Below are positions 48,652-62,491 of a stretch of DNA of 64,000 nucleotides, one piece after another. This DNA is from Eledone cirrhosa (lineage: Eukaryota): assembly GCA_964016885.1 (NCBI GenBank), contig OZ024747.1, positions 3,100,001 through 3,164,000 on the forward strand, given 5' to 3'. The position numbers and the translations under genes were made by a program. The notes beneath the pieces are model-generated. The model had not been told where the DNA came from. It saw only the letters and a list, made by a program, of their open reading frames with translations, and did no database searches. Within the stretch, counting starts at the first letter, position 1; every line of letters begins with the position of its first letter.

Positions 48652-51036
48652 ATGTTAACTACAGTGTATGTGCTATTACTTATTCTGGAAACATCCCTAT
48701 GCGTAGATCTTGTCTACCGCATAAATGAAGAGAGTAACCCAGGAACATTTGTTGGTGATATTGCAGCAGACACAAAATTATTAAGCAACATATCTCCAAA
48801 GGATGACAACAATATTTGGTTCAGTCAGCTTCACCAAGGGAATACAAACAACTCACAGTTGTTCAATGTTGCCAAAACAGGAAAATTATATACAGCTCAG
48901 AGACTAGATGCAGAAACTCTTTGTAAATACAATGTAGAGTGTTTCAAAATGGTAGATGTTGCAGTTCAGCAGGAGGAATCATTTATACGGATACTGGAGG
49001 TTAAAATAATTATTGAAGATAAAAATGATAATAAACCAGAATTTCAAAGCAGACAAATCAACCTGACTTTCGATGAAACTGATGGCAAGGGAACAAAGAA
49101 ATCTATACCTAACGCCATTGACAAAGATATAGGAATACAAAATTCTCAGCTAACATATTTACTAAAGAACAATAATAATGATCTTTTCACATTATCAGTA
49201 TCCAAAAATATGGATGGTACTTCTAAACTTGGTATTGTTTTACAAAAGAAACTTGACAGAGAAATAAAAGATTCTTATCAACTTCAAGTTATTGCAAAAG
49301 ATGGAGGGCATCCACCCAGAGAAGGTATACTCAATCTCCAAATATCAGTTCGAGATGAAAATGATAATTCCCCAGTCTTTTCTCAAAATATTTACAATGT
49401 ATCAATCAAAAACGGTTATCAAAGATCAAGACCTATAGTTACTTTAACTGTAACTGATAAGGATTTTGGTAAAAATGGTAAAGTAACATATCAATTCAGT
49501 TCCAAAACATCAGAGAGTGCTAGAGCCTATTTTAAATTAAATGAATCAACAGGAGAAATCTGGCAACTGCAAAAGTTCCCATCTGGGTCAAAAAAGATCT
49601 ACAAACTGTTTGTTAAAGCAAAAGATGGTGGTAATCCATCTCTGAGCTCAGTTGCTTTGGTTTTAGTTAACATAAATAATCAAGAAAACAATCCACCTGA
49701 TATAGATATGAATTTCATATCAAAATCAGAAGACAATCTGCCCAGCATTTCCGAAGGAGTAAAAGTTGGCAGCTTTATTGCATATGTAAAAGTCACGGAT
49801 GATAATGAAGTTTCTTGTTATATTAATCAGGACCACTTTCAACTTCAGGCTCTTGGACGGAAAAAGTATAAAGTTCTTATTAAAAAAACAGTTGACAGAG
49901 AGGTAGAAAATCACATAGATTTTACCATTACTTGTGAAGACAAAGGATCCCCTCCATTGAAAACTGAGAAAAGATTTTCAGTGCAAGTATCAGATATCAA
50001 TGATGTACAACCAAAATTTACTAAAGAATCTTTTGAATTTTTAACTTATGAAAATGAAAATAGAAATTTTCCTGTCGGTTTCATCAATGCGACTGATCCT
50101 GATCTTGGACCAGGTGGTCAATTATCTTATTTTCTTTTAAGCAGAGATGGAAGTGTCCTTCCCTTTAAAATCTCTCATTTAGGTTTCATATCAACTACTC
50201 AGTCTTTAGATCGTGAGCAACATGAAATTTACAAATTTAAAGTTTTAGTTAAAGATAATGGTAACCCACCTCTTAACAATACAGCAAATGTTGTTGTAGA
50301 AGTTATGGATAAAAATGATAATACACCTTATTTTACATTTCCTAGTGTTAACCCTTTCAATCTAGATGTCCATTACCATCCTCAGAGTAAGAGTGACATT
50401 ACAACATTAAGAGCTTCTGACAGAGATAGCCATGTAAATTCCTTCCTCAGGTATGAAATACTTGGTGGCAATGATAAACAGCTATTTAAAGTCAACCCTT
50501 ACACAGGAGTGTTGTCTTTCTCTCGTACTGTTTACCAAAATGATGCTGGATCATATAATCTAAAATTAGCTGTCAAAGACAATGGTACACCAGTTTTATC
50601 AGCCACAACTACATTGTCTTTGACACTAACTGTTAGTAATACAACAGCCAGAATGTACACAGCTGAGGACACAGAATCAGACAACAGAATACATATTAAT
50701 TTGATGATTATTATAGTAGTAGCAGCAGTGATAGTTTCTGTTGCTATTGTAGTTTCTGTGATTGTTTGTGTCGTTCATAAAAGAAATCAAAAAGAAAACC
50801 ATTATGGTGCTGCCCAAGACTATGTTGGTGAAAGACGACCATCAGGATACGTTTGTGAACAAGACTCTCCAAAGTATGATGTTCCTGTCACAATTTTATC
50901 AGATCCAAAGCAAATAAGAAATTCTAAAACAACTCTTTTAAGAAGAGATCCTCAGTCCATGTACAAACCTGGACAGAGTTGGAAAGGGTCTTCATTAGGA
51001 GTACAACTTCACAGTATTACACCTGAAGCATATCAA
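48652..51036 (+). CDS. Pcdh: Protocadherin B, large coding exon 1 (signal peptide, EC1-EC6, TM, proximal cytoplasmic tail)
   Basis: The 807-aa ORF is collinear with PcdhA, with CKYNVEC in EC1 and an identical TM helix. Donor CAA|GTAAGT follows 51036, and an upstream acceptor TTTCAG lies at 48605. Confidence 0.97.
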
Positions 51037-53611
51037 GTAAGTTTCTTAAATCCTGTTACAGTACTCAAATGTTGATTGTTTATAAAATACTATTGACCAT
51101 TCTCATTAATATACTCATTTATTTGTTTGTTACAAAGATTTGCTCAATCGTAATAATTAGAATTATAAATAAATTAGGTATATAAAATAAGTGTAATATT
51201 TTTACACTCTATTTCTTTGTTTTCTATTCTCATTATTTTGGTTGTTATCTTTTAATTTAACATTCGTAAAATATCTGATAAAAATAGAGAGAAGAAAATA
51301 TCAATTAAAATGTTTTATCAACTTACTCATTAACCCACCCCCAAAAAGAATTCAATCAAAATTTTCATTTAAATGAACTGATTTAAGTCTAAAAATATAA
51401 GGCAGTGTTGCCATGAAAGCATTCTACTTGTATTAGTTAACTCATTGTTTAAATCCTGTTAAACTATTTTTCAGTATGTTCTTTATTGTCCACTCTTACA
51501 TTAACCCTCAACATGTCATTTTAATAGAAATATTCATTTACCACTATTTTAAAAGAATATATTTATACACCACACATTCTTAAACCATATTATACCATCA
51601 GTGCAAACATATTTGCATATGCACCATTTTTCCAGACATCATTTATCTAATATATTTAACTTCATATCATTTTTTAATATATATATATACATACATATAC
51701 GTACATATTCTTTGTCAATTCTTTCATAATACTCATTCAGCTGACAAGATTTTAGATGTGTCTAAACATTTTCTTCACCATCAAAATATCTACATCCTTA
51801 TTATTATGATATTCATATGCAATTGGAGGATGAATATATTTATTTTTATCATGATGACTGTACACCAGTGCTATATTTATCAATCTTTTATAAAATATAG
51901 CTTCAAATTTAACACCAACATTCCTGAATTAGTAATTCTAATATCAAATCATCTGTTTCCATCTCTAAAAGAAACTCTCTTTCATTTATTTCTGTTTCTC
52001 ATTCCTAAATTCAACTCATCAGTATCCATCTATCTCTCATAATCTGGAGACGATTGTATGCAACTTGATTTTAAAAATTCCAGTGAAGATATTTCTTCTC
52101 ACAATATTTTCCTTCACTTTATTTTTATTTTGGCAAAAGAATTAGTTATAAGGTTGTGACAATTTTTCACCAATATTAAGAAGGGTTCATTTCAGAAAAA
52201 CACAATCAAAATCAAACATCTCAAAACCCAAGGGCAACTTGAGAACCAATGCTTAGACTTATTTAGACTTAGAAGTTCCCATATCTTGAGATGCATGTGG
52301 TAGCCAAAGTGTTCTGATGACCATGGTCAGTTGCATCTATCAATACATTGGTCCAACTTTTGTTGACAGGTTTCAGGTCTCTGTAGATTGTCTGCTGCCA
52401 GTTCATCTTGGGACATCTTGTTCACCTCATTCCATGGGAGTATCAAGTGCTTAGCTCTTCTACAATTTGATGAAGAAGAGGAGGAGCAAATCCCTCTAAA
52501 TAGGTCACTAATATAAGATAGGTGACATTCATAGATGATTTAGTGACTATTTCAAACAGCTAAGTGATCAAACTCATAACCCATGAGGATATAGGTCAAT
52601 ACTTAGGTCATTTAGTTATCTTGCAGTTACAGAATTTATTTAACTAAATTTATGGATTCTTAAAGCTAATAATTTTAATAGCTATTCATATTGGATAGGC
52701 AGGCTTAATCCATGATTCAACTGGAGTAGAAGGGTCACTAAACTCCCATCAAGTACCTAAAAATAATTCTATTACAAAAATGAGAAATAAGTAACCCAAA
52801 ACCCAAAGGTTATGAAGAAATACGAAGTACTTTATCAGCAATAGGAGAAAAATGTCTGTTTTATTGGCTGATTGGTTGAATGTGTAGAGTAAGAACTTTG
52901 CGACAAGAGAGAAGATGAGGTTTTAGATAGTAAATCTCAGAAGGACATATAGCCTCTGATTTTGAAGATCATGTGTCAGAGAATATATGTTCTCTTTATT
53001 TGGATGTTATTGGTTCTTCAAACAAATAATAATATATATTGATGACAATGAGATAAATAGGATATTATGCATAACATTTTTTTATTACTTGCCTAAAAAT
53101 GAGACAAAGAATCTTCATAAGTAAATATGCAAATTTAGAATGTCTTTCTTTTACACAATTTGATGGTGCATTAGCATAAATGAACACTTCTTACTTCATC
53201 CAAAACATAAATAAGGGAGGTTTTCTGAAACTAAAACTCTTAGTAAATGTTTTCAATAGAATTCTTCTATATATTGCCTGAGCTATATAGCCTAAATAGA
53301 GTTGTATGGGTCTGAGAATTATATCAATGAGAGATTTGGGCTTTTTGATTGGTTGGCAACAGAATGATAAAAATATTCATGTTATTCTTTAATGAATTTT
53401 TGGTACTGAGATTGATTTTGCTATATAGAAATTAAGTTAAACTCTGTATAACAGTAATTTGGTCATTTAAACATTGACTGAAAGTTAAAATATTTTGAGA
53501 TGTTTTGAAGTAAATTTTTAAATGACTGTAAATAAAAATAAGAAAGTGGTAAGAGAAATCATTGGAAAATGTTGCTGAAGCAGAAGGCCATTATCTAAGT
53601 TGTTACTGTAT

Positions 53612-53796
53612 ATGGTGGATTGGCAGTATCGGTAGAGGGTCGGACGCCATGCTTTCCAGCATAGTTACGTCCCTTTATGATCTGAGTTCAAATCCCGCCG
53701 AGGTTGACTTTGCCTTTCATCCTTACAGGGTCGATAAAATAAAGTACCAGTAATGCACTGGGTAATTGCTGGCCTTGTGCCTAAAGTAGAAACAAT
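53612..53796 (+). mobile_element. tRNA-derived SINE, family 1 (young)
   Basis: 21-bp TSD ATTATCTAAGTTGTTACTGTA (53590-53610 and 53795-53815). Confidence 0.92.
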
Positions 53797-53914
53797 TATC
53801 TAAGTTGTTACTGTAAATAATAAATATATATATATACCAGGTTCAAACACAAAGGAACCAAACTCTCACTGCCTCTCTCACTCCCGCTTTCCCCATCTCT
53901 CACTATTTTGAGCA

Positions 53915-54008
53915 AATGGGGACCCAAGCACAGGCCACCCCACGACCCCAGTAGACAGAATAGACAAGGCATTTCCCCAGAGAATGGTGAGATTGATGCT
54001 GGAAAATT
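53915..54008 (-). mobile_element. Short CRE-type 3' end remnant
   Basis: CCCCAGTAGACAGAATAGACAAGGCATTTCCCC..GCTGGAAAA resembles 12160-12222. Confidence 0.5.
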
Positions 54009-55019
54009 ACAAAGAGAGTCTGTATTAAGTGAATAGTTAATAGATTACCAGGAAGAAATATATGTGAAATAAATCTGAATTTTCACAAACTGCTATGGAA
54101 TACTATTAATATACAACAAAATACTGCCTTCATATGAAGTTGTGTATCTCATTAAGTTCCACATAAAAGCAAAATATTTTCGAGATGTATCAACCTACTC
54201 AACAACTCAAACATTGCTTTAAATAACTACAGACTACGAATGTATCATTGAAAAATTAATGTGAAAGCAATTCAATTGGATTTTCCACAAACATTATGTA
54301 AATGAGCTCTTTTCCTGTATTACACTAACAACAAATTACACCAGCCATGTTGCCATCTTCAATAACACTACTTATAACTTTCATTAATTCCCTATGCACA
54401 AAGAGTTACTAAATATAGCACACGCTTATTGGCTTTCTCCCAGTTTTATAGATCTCAATCCATCAAAATGAGAATTAAAATGTTGCTTTTGATACTATTT
54501 AATATGAAGAGTATATACTTTACTTCCAAAAAATAATATGAGGAAAAATATTCTCATTTACTTCAATAGGAACATTTTATTTATAAAATCTATCAGATTA
54601 TTTTAACCAGAAAATTAACATCAAAATATATTTTTGCAACATTATATATTTGTAAGTCACAGAGTCTAGCAAAGTAGAAATGTTGCCAGAAACTGTATTT
54701 ATTCTTGCTATACTTATCTTCAACATCATATATTACTTAAAATCATTTAATTCAATATTGATCTGAGAGCTTTTACATTTATTACCAGAATCTCAAAAAT
54801 GTTATTAAAATATAAATAAGACTTAGGTAAGAATAGGAAAAAATAATAAATAATATTTGAAGGGTTTTAAGCAATTACAGAAATAGAACATTCTTTGCCT
54901 TTATAGAAATAAATGCATAACGAACCTTTTAATAAAGAGATTATGTAATACTGTTCTAGATACAATGAGATGGAATTGTCTTTAAAGCTCCAGGAATTCA
55001 ACAATTACATAACTGTTAC

Positions 55020-55227
55020 AATGGTTTCTGATTTAGGCACAAGGCCAGCAATTTTGGGTAGAGTAAACTTGATTAAATCAATCCCAGTGGGTTACTGGTA
55101 CTTTATTTTATCGATCTCATAAGAATGAAAGGCAAAGCTAACCTCAGCGGAATTTGAACTCAGAACGTAAAGGGCCATAACTCTGTGCCATGAAGCATGG
55201 TGTCCAATGCTCTACCAATACTGCCAA
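55020..55227 (-). mobile_element. tRNA-derived SINE, family 1
   Basis: Reverse-complement copy of the longer subfamily. Confidence 0.85.
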
Positions 55228-55825
55228 TATTATAATGAAGAACAATACACAGACTTTGCTTTTTCTCCTCTAAGTTCATCATTATCATCATCCTCATAAA
55301 TTTGACATCCTCTTTCTATGGCTTAGACTGGATGGGTTGTCAGGATGTGATTCAGTTTTTATTTGAAGTAACTTCCCTGTTAGATGAGCTAGAAGACTAT
55401 GTCTCATTTGTATGTTCCATTTTTGGTATATTTTCTTCCGTTCTATTACCTTCCTAACACCAAACACTTTACAGAGTGGACTGAGTGTACTTAAGCAAGG
55501 TACCAACACAAGAGAAGCTGTTGTTTCGTTGGCAAGATTACATTGTCTCAGTTTGTTTGTCAACCACTTTATAGAGTGTAATGGATGCATTTATTAAACC
55601 ACTATCAGTAGTGACGTCACCTTGTACCTCATCAGACTAAATAGTCATCACAACTCTATTGTGCATACATTTGTTTAAGGTAATATGATCTATGGGATGA
55701 ATATAAAAGTATTATAGAATAACCAGAGTGAATGGACAAAGGGAGTGAGAGTATGTTGGGAGAAACAGAATGATTGGAATGGTAGAAAGAGGAGTAATGG
55801 AAAAGATACAGTGCTGGAGGAGTAA

Positions 55826-56013
55826 TTAATTGTTTCTACTTTTGGCACAAGGCCAGCAATTACCCAGTGCATTACTGGTACTTTATTTTATCGACCCCGT
55901 AAGGATGAAAGGCAAAGTTAACGTCGGCGGGATTTGAACTCAGAATGGCAAGGGCCGTAACTCTATGCGTCAAAGCATGGCATCCGACCTTCTACCGATA
56001 CTGCCAATCCACC
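55826..56013 (-). mobile_element. tRNA-derived SINE, family 1 (young)
   Basis: Reverse-complement full-length copy. Confidence 0.9.
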
Positions 56014-56134
56014 AATGGAAGATAGCTATTAATGACTGGGAGAGAATGATGGCAGTTAAATGTGTGCTTGCTATAGATAGAGAGTGGGGGGGGGGTAGAT
56101 GATGTCTAGTAATTGAGATAGGGGGTGGTAAGAA

Positions 56135-56570
56135 ATCATCATCTTCATCGTTTAACGTCCATTTTTCCATGCTAGCATGGGTTAGACAGGTTGTCCCGTT
56201 TGGGGCAAGTTGGGTCAAGTGACCATGTCTTGCTCATACAGAACTGATTTGGGCTTTGTTTCTACATCTGGATGTCCTTCCTATGTCAACCACATTTACA
56301 GTGTGTGCTGGGTGCCTTTTGTTGTGACACCTACACAACCACTTTACAGTATGTGCTGGGTACCTTTTGTTGTGACACCTACACAACCACTTTACAGTGT
56401 GGACTGGGTGCCTTTTGTTGTGACACCTACACAACCACTTTACAGTGTGGACTGGGTGCCTTTTGTTGTGACACCTACACAACCACTTTACAGTGTGTGC
56501 TTGGTGCTTTTTGTTGTGACACCTACACAACCACTTTACAGTGTGGACTGGGTACTTTTTGTTGTGACAC
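56135..56570 (-). mobile_element. Family-2 SINE fragment with internal 48-bp tandem array (about 6 copies)
   Basis: SINE tail at 56135-56290, then units TTTACAGTGTGGACTGGGTGCCTTTTGTTGTGACACCTACACAACCAC. Confidence 0.85.
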
Positions 56571-56949
56571 AAGGGTCAATGTACAGAGACACAGAAAATA
56601 GGAGAAAGGGGAGTAGAGAGAGATGAGAGGCTACCCTTGTTTCCACAACCAGAAGAGATATTGATCGGTTAGGCCAAGTTGTACTTTATATTTTGTTAAA
56701 AATTAAGTCTTTGAATTTAAAAGTTCATAGCAATTAATAAGAAATTTAATAAAAATGTTTTCTTTAATATTGGGACCACGAGACAGACTGACCCTTAAAC
56801 AGGGAGTGGTTACTACAGATCACACACAGGGTAAACATTAACAATTAGCTGCAACATTTAATGTTTGGAGAATGACTTTAAATAGTATTCCCCTTACATC
56901 TGTTGAAGATCCCTAGGTGCCAGAAGTTGAAATGGGGAGAAATATTGAG

Positions 56950-57755
56950 TTAACCCTTTAGCATTTAAACTGGCCATATCCGGCCAGAACTCTCTCACCT
57001 CTTTCTGTTCAAACCAGCTGTAACTGGCTGCTCACACTGATGTTAAGGTATTCTTCTCAAAATAAATAATATAAAAATCTTGTAGATTCGATAATATATG
57101 AGATAATTATGTGAGGTAAAGCCTTTACTGTGAAAATACAATAGTATATATAGAGTAATGTAAATGTTATATGAGATAATTATGTGAGGTAAAGCCTTTA
57201 CTGTGAAAATACAATAGTATATATAGAGTAATGTAAATGTTATGTGAGATATTATGTGAGGTAAAGCCTTTACTGTGAAAATACAATAGTATATATAGAG
57301 TAATGTGAATGTTATGTGAGGTATTATGTGAGGTAAAGCCTTTACTGTGAAAATACAATAGTATATATAGAATAATGTAAATGTTATGTGAGATATTATG
57401 TAAGGTAAAGCCTTTACTGTGAAAATACAATAGTATATATAGAGTAATGTAAATGTTATGTGAGGTATTATGTGAGGTAAAGCCTTTACTGTGACAATAC
57501 AATAGTATATATAGAGTAATGTAAATGTTATGTGAGATATTATGTGAGGTAAAGCCTTTACTGTGAAAATATAATAGTATATATAGAGTAATGTAAATGT
57601 TATATGAGGTTTTATGTGAGGTAAAGCCTTTACTACGAAAATACAATAGTATATATAGAGTAATGTGAATGTTATGTGAGGTATTATGTGAGGTAAAGCC
57701 TTTAACCCGAAAATACAATAGTATATATAGAGTAATGTAAATGCTAAAGGGTTAA
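56950..57755. mobile_element. TTAA piggyBac-like MITE with an internal 72-bp unit expanded about 9 times
   Basis: Termini TTAACCCTTTAGCATTTA...TAAATGCTAAAGGGTTAA; 72-bp period across about 57097-57743. Confidence 0.85.
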
Positions 57756-58124
57756 AAGAATAAAATCCGAGTTCACATCAAATGCTATTAGACTTGTCCA
57801 AATTAAAAGTTAACAAATATTAATTTGCTTCTGTTAGAATGATTATTAGAAACAAAATACATGTACATTTAGTATAAATAACTATGCACAAGATTTACAT
57901 GAACAAAATATTGCTAGGAAGACTTTCCTACTAAATTTTATTACACACAATTTTAGAAATTTAAACAAATTACATAACTATATTATGAAAACTGTGTTTT
58001 TGCTGTATAAACTATTAATATTTACAAGATCTCCAATATTTTAGCATATGAGCAAATAGTATTTTTTTTTTTTTTTTTTTTTTGGTTTTGTTGTTTTTGT
58101 CTTTTTTTTTGTTTGGTTTGCTAG

Positions 58125-58293
58125 GTACAGGGTAACTTTCAAGATTTTGCAGTGACTTGTGCTGTTGGCAAAAATCAACAACATATGGTTATGTCCCCTG
58201 ACCGTTTCAGTGAGATATCAACAATGTCTTCTGTAACTGACAGTGGACATGGTTGCAGTGATGCAAGCACTGCACATTATGAAACATTACCTG
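58125..58293 (+). CDS. Pcdh: Protocadherin B coding exon 2 (cytoplasmic, CM1-like motif)
   Basis: A long U-rich tract precedes CTAG|GTACAG|GGT (two in-frame AGs). The exon encodes VQGNFQDFAVTCAVGKNQQHMVMSPDRFSEISTMSSVTDSGHGCSDASTAHYETLP and ends at donor CCTG|GTAAGT. Confidence 0.9.
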
Positions 58294-58764
58294 GTAAGTA
58301 AATAAGGAAAATTCACTGCTTTAAAATGTTATTATTCTAAATAATTTTATAAAACTAAAAACTTTTTCTTTTACCCTCATCTGTACTCTTATGTACAAAT
58401 GATAGTTCTTCAGTTTTTAGACATTCTTTTACCAACACAATATGTCTAAAAACATCTGATTTTATATATTTAATTTTAAAAAAATACTTTAATGTATATC
58501 AATAAGAAATATATTCAGTTAAAATTGTTTGAATTGTTTCCTAATTAGATATAGTAAATGTATATAATTAAAAAATAACAATTAGTTTAGAGTAATAATA
58601 TATGAATATAATTCACTTGTTTTATGATTACATTTTTTTAAATGAGTAACATTTAGTACTGATGGAAAATATTATGGACTGTTAACCCTATCCTTTGAAT
58701 TTTTGGTAAAACACTAACTTTCGATCTTTTTAGTCTCTGTTCATTATTAGTTACCATGGGTTAA

Positions 58765-59215
58765 GGGTGTGGATTGTCAGAATCAGTAGAGAGTTGGACA
58801 ACTTGCTTTGAAACATATACTTATGTCCCTTTTCGTTCTGCGTTCAAATCCTGCCAAGTTTAGCTTTGCCATTCATCCTTACAGGGTCGATAAAGTACCG
58901 GTAATTTACTGGGATCGATTTTATTGACTTTCCCCGCCCCCAACATTGCTGGCCATGTGCCTAAATCAGAGATCATTATTAAATACCATGTTAGGGCAAT
59001 GGATTGGCAGAATTGGTAGAGCGTTGGACAGCATGATTTGTGGCATAGAGTTACGGCTGTTTATGTTCTGAGTTCAAATCCATCCAAGGTTAGCTTTGCC
59101 TTTCATCCTTACGGGGTTGATAAAACAAAGTACCAGTAATGCACTGGGGTCAATTTAATCGACTTCCTCTTCCACCAATTGTTTGGCCTTGTGTTTAAAT
59201 CAGAAAACATTATTA
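58765..59215 (+). mobile_element. Head-to-tail dimer of family-1 SINEs
   Basis: Two full copies separated and flanked by ATTATT...TACCATG. Confidence 0.85.
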
Positions 59216-59237
59216 TGTACCATGTTTTTATTCACAG

Positions 59238-59254
59238 GTTTGGGCAGTGATTGA
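59238..59254 (+). other. Candidate alternative short terminal exon of PcdhB (G-LGSD*)
   Basis: TTTTTATTCACAG acceptor in intron 2; a phase-1 join gives GLGSD*. Confidence 0.3.
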
Positions 59255-59688
59255 ACATATCAACATTAACTACCTGACAAATTTTAACATTCTTAACTTT
59301 CTTATTTGTCACCCGCTTAATTCATCACTTAGTTTAACTACACTCTAGTTCAAGAGCTCTAGTTTGAGAATAACATTCTCTCTTCTTCCCACCAGTCTCA
59401 GTGTTCTTGAAGTGAGGTATGGACACTGCTCTTCTCTTTTTAACTAAACACTAAAAGGAAAAGAGAAATATGTGACCAAAAAGATGTTCATACTTATTAG
59501 GTGTTCTTCTGTTCAATCTCACTGCAAGCACGTTTAGATAAACATTTAAAAAAATCTATTTGATGATGAAAAGAGATCCAACCTGTCAAAATACAGTGTT
59601 TCACAAAATAAAATTAAACAAGGTTAACAATCCCCAATATATTTCTATGAAGCTAATTGTATCTTTTTCTTACATTGTTCTTATGCAG

Positions 59689-59963
59689 GCCTCAAATCTT
59701 GTCTTCAAGAAAATACCCCTAACACAGGCAGGAAGTCCTTACCACAGACAATGAGTAAACCAAAAGGTACCAATCCTAGGTCTTCCTATCAACTTAAAAC
59801 TAATCTTTTTACTCAAGGCAATAACATAATAAACCTAAAATCTACACAAGCAGATAACACCAACCCTAACTTTCCACAATCTCAGTCCTGGGATCTACCA
59901 ACAAAAAACAGTTTCACTTCTTATAACAAAACATTGAACAAAGCCAAAGAACTATATTCATGA
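59689..59963 (+). CDS. Pcdh: Protocadherin B terminal coding exon 3
   Basis: Acceptor TTATGCAG|GC. The phase-1 join gives GLKSCLQEN...NIINLKSTQADN...WDLPTKNSFTSYNK...ELYS*, homologous to 13176-13399. Confidence 0.88.
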
Positions 59964-61624
59964 AACTTCTTAGAAATTAGTTGTTATCTTTATGCTACAC
60001 AAAATTACTGATTTATCATAGTAAGTTTCTATATTTACAAAATTCTGAATTTTTATTAAAATATTTTTATTAAAAATTCCTAAAAGCAAAATCTAAATTC
60101 TATGTTACTTTATTTATTTTATTTGTTTATTTATTTATTTATTAAGTTCCAAAATGTGTAATGTATAAAATACCTACTTAAACAAAATGTTCAAGGTGAA
60201 AAATACCTACTTAATCAGTGAATGAGCATTTATGAATTGTTGGTTGATTTAAATTTTAGATAAATCTCTTTAAAATTTAGAATATTTTGTTTTCTGTTGA
60301 GCATTTGTATAAAATATTAACTAAATTCCTTCAAACATGAATTTAACACAAGTTAGCAAAATCCTGCAATATAGTCAATTAACCTGTCAGAAATAGCTGC
60401 AAATGTTCTTCAAATCACACTGAATTATCTTAAAATTGGGAAGGACTCGTTGTATTCTAGATTCTTTATGTCTGAAGTTGGGGAGGATGGTCAAGGCTGG
60501 AACACCTTTGATCTTAGATCTACTCAATCAGGGTTTACCTGAAACTAAACAACAATAACTGTAACACTCTCAACATCAATTTTTAAAATATTGTTTCACT
60601 TCCAAAGTGTCAGATACACATTAATATCACACAACCTGAAACTCATTACTCAATTTAAAACTCATTAGCCTCAAAATTAAAATTACCATCTTGATAGTTA
60701 GTTTTTTTAAAATCCAAAAGTATTTATGCATTTCAAATTAGAACAAGAGTTAGCAAATATGTACTCTGATAACTTTTCTGGATTTAAAAGAATATATTAT
60801 TAAATTTATTAAAAATTTAGAAGCGTCAACATATCTTTTACTATGAAACATGGTCTAATATGTTGGGTATGAAATTGTCTGAACGCTTTTATGTTAGACA
60901 AGTTTTCATAGTAAAACAAAAATACATTGAAGTTTCTAACTTTTCAATAAATACGTATCGACCCAATGTTTCAAAAAATAAATCATTTTATTTAATGTTT
61001 AAAAAGTAAAATGAATATATAGAAAAAATTAAATAAAAAACATCAAGCATAATTAAAACAACAAAAGAGGAAAAATATTTTTGATAAACATCAATATTAA
61101 AAATTAAATTAGATATATCTTGATAAATATATCTCTATATATTGTGGTTGTTCAAAGAATATAGTTGTATAGATATATATATATAGAGAGAGAGAATTTA
61201 GATGTGTATATATGTAAATGTGATATCACAGTATAAGAAGTGAGAGAGATGAAACATTTATGTGAAACAAATGAAGTCTAAGAACATCTCATTCTCCATC
61301 ATACAAAGTTGCAAAATATCAAATCTGGATCATTTTCTCCTTGAGATTATATATAAAATAATTCACTGTAGATATATACAGACAGTCCTTTGAATATCTT
61401 GTTTGCAAATTTAAGGAATATGCCCATATCAGGTAAATTTTCTTCTTCATTCTTCTTGCAATCATATTCAAATTTTTAAAATTACATAACTTATATTTTT
61501 GAAATTTCTCAAAAAAAAAATAAATATCATTAACTACAACTCCTTACATCGACTGGAATTCAATGTTGCCTATTTTCTATGAAAGCAAAATAAGATTGAT
61601 TTCAGAAGTTCGTATATTGAAGTT

Positions 61625-61702
61625 ATCACCATTGTCATCATTATCATTTCTAACATCAACACCACCACCAGCAACAACAACAACAACACAGTCACTGCCA
61701 CC

Positions 61703-61734
<32 letters not shown>

Positions 61735-61837
61735 CAACAACACAGTCACTGCCACCACCACCACCACCACCAGCAACAACAACACAGTCACTGCCACCAC
61801 CAGCAGCAACAACAACAACAACAACACAGTCACTACC

Positions 61838-61905
<68 letters not shown>

Positions 61906-62125
61906 CGGCAGCAACAACAACACAGTCACTGCCACCACCACCATCAACAACAACAACAGCAACAGCAACAGCAACAACAACAGCAACACAGTCACTGCCA
62001 CCACCACCACCAACAACAACAGCAACAATAACACTAACACCACCACCACCACTAACAACAACAACAATATTGTCATCACCATCATCATCATCTCCAGCCC
62101 CACAATCGACATTATCATCATCATT
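61625..62125. repeat. (CAA)/(CCA)/(TCA) trinucleotide array punctuated by CACAGTCACTG
   Basis: Seen directly; it produces low-complexity T/P and V/G ORFs. Confidence 0.92.
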
Positions 62126-62189
62126 GTTTTCATTCCCGTCTCTACTGGTATGGGTGAAACAGATTTGTAAAATACACACATCAACATTT

Positions 62190-62342
62190 GCCTCTGAGTT
62201 CAAATCCTGCTGAGGTTAACTTTGCCTTTCTTCCTTACGGGGTCAATAGAATAAAGTACCAGTAATACACTGGATTCGATTTAACTGGTTTTCCCGTTCC
62301 CCAAAATTGCTGGCCTTGTGCCAAAATCAGAAACCATTATTG
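62190..62342 (+). mobile_element. 5'-truncated family-1 SINE
   Basis: B box, body and tail present; another old copy lies at 63012-63230. Confidence 0.8.
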
Positions 62343-62460
62343 TTTGCCAAATAATTATTCCTTTTAAAACTATAAGTAAATATCATTTAAGAAAGGTTTT
62401 TTACTGCTTTTTCTTGAAGTATATTTTTTGCCTTATGACCTTTAGATATATGTACATGTG

Positions 62461-62491
<31 letters not shown>

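Noticed and set aside
57167-57718. 183-aa repeat protein on the minus strand
   Set aside because: Translation of the 72-bp tandem unit inside a MITE.
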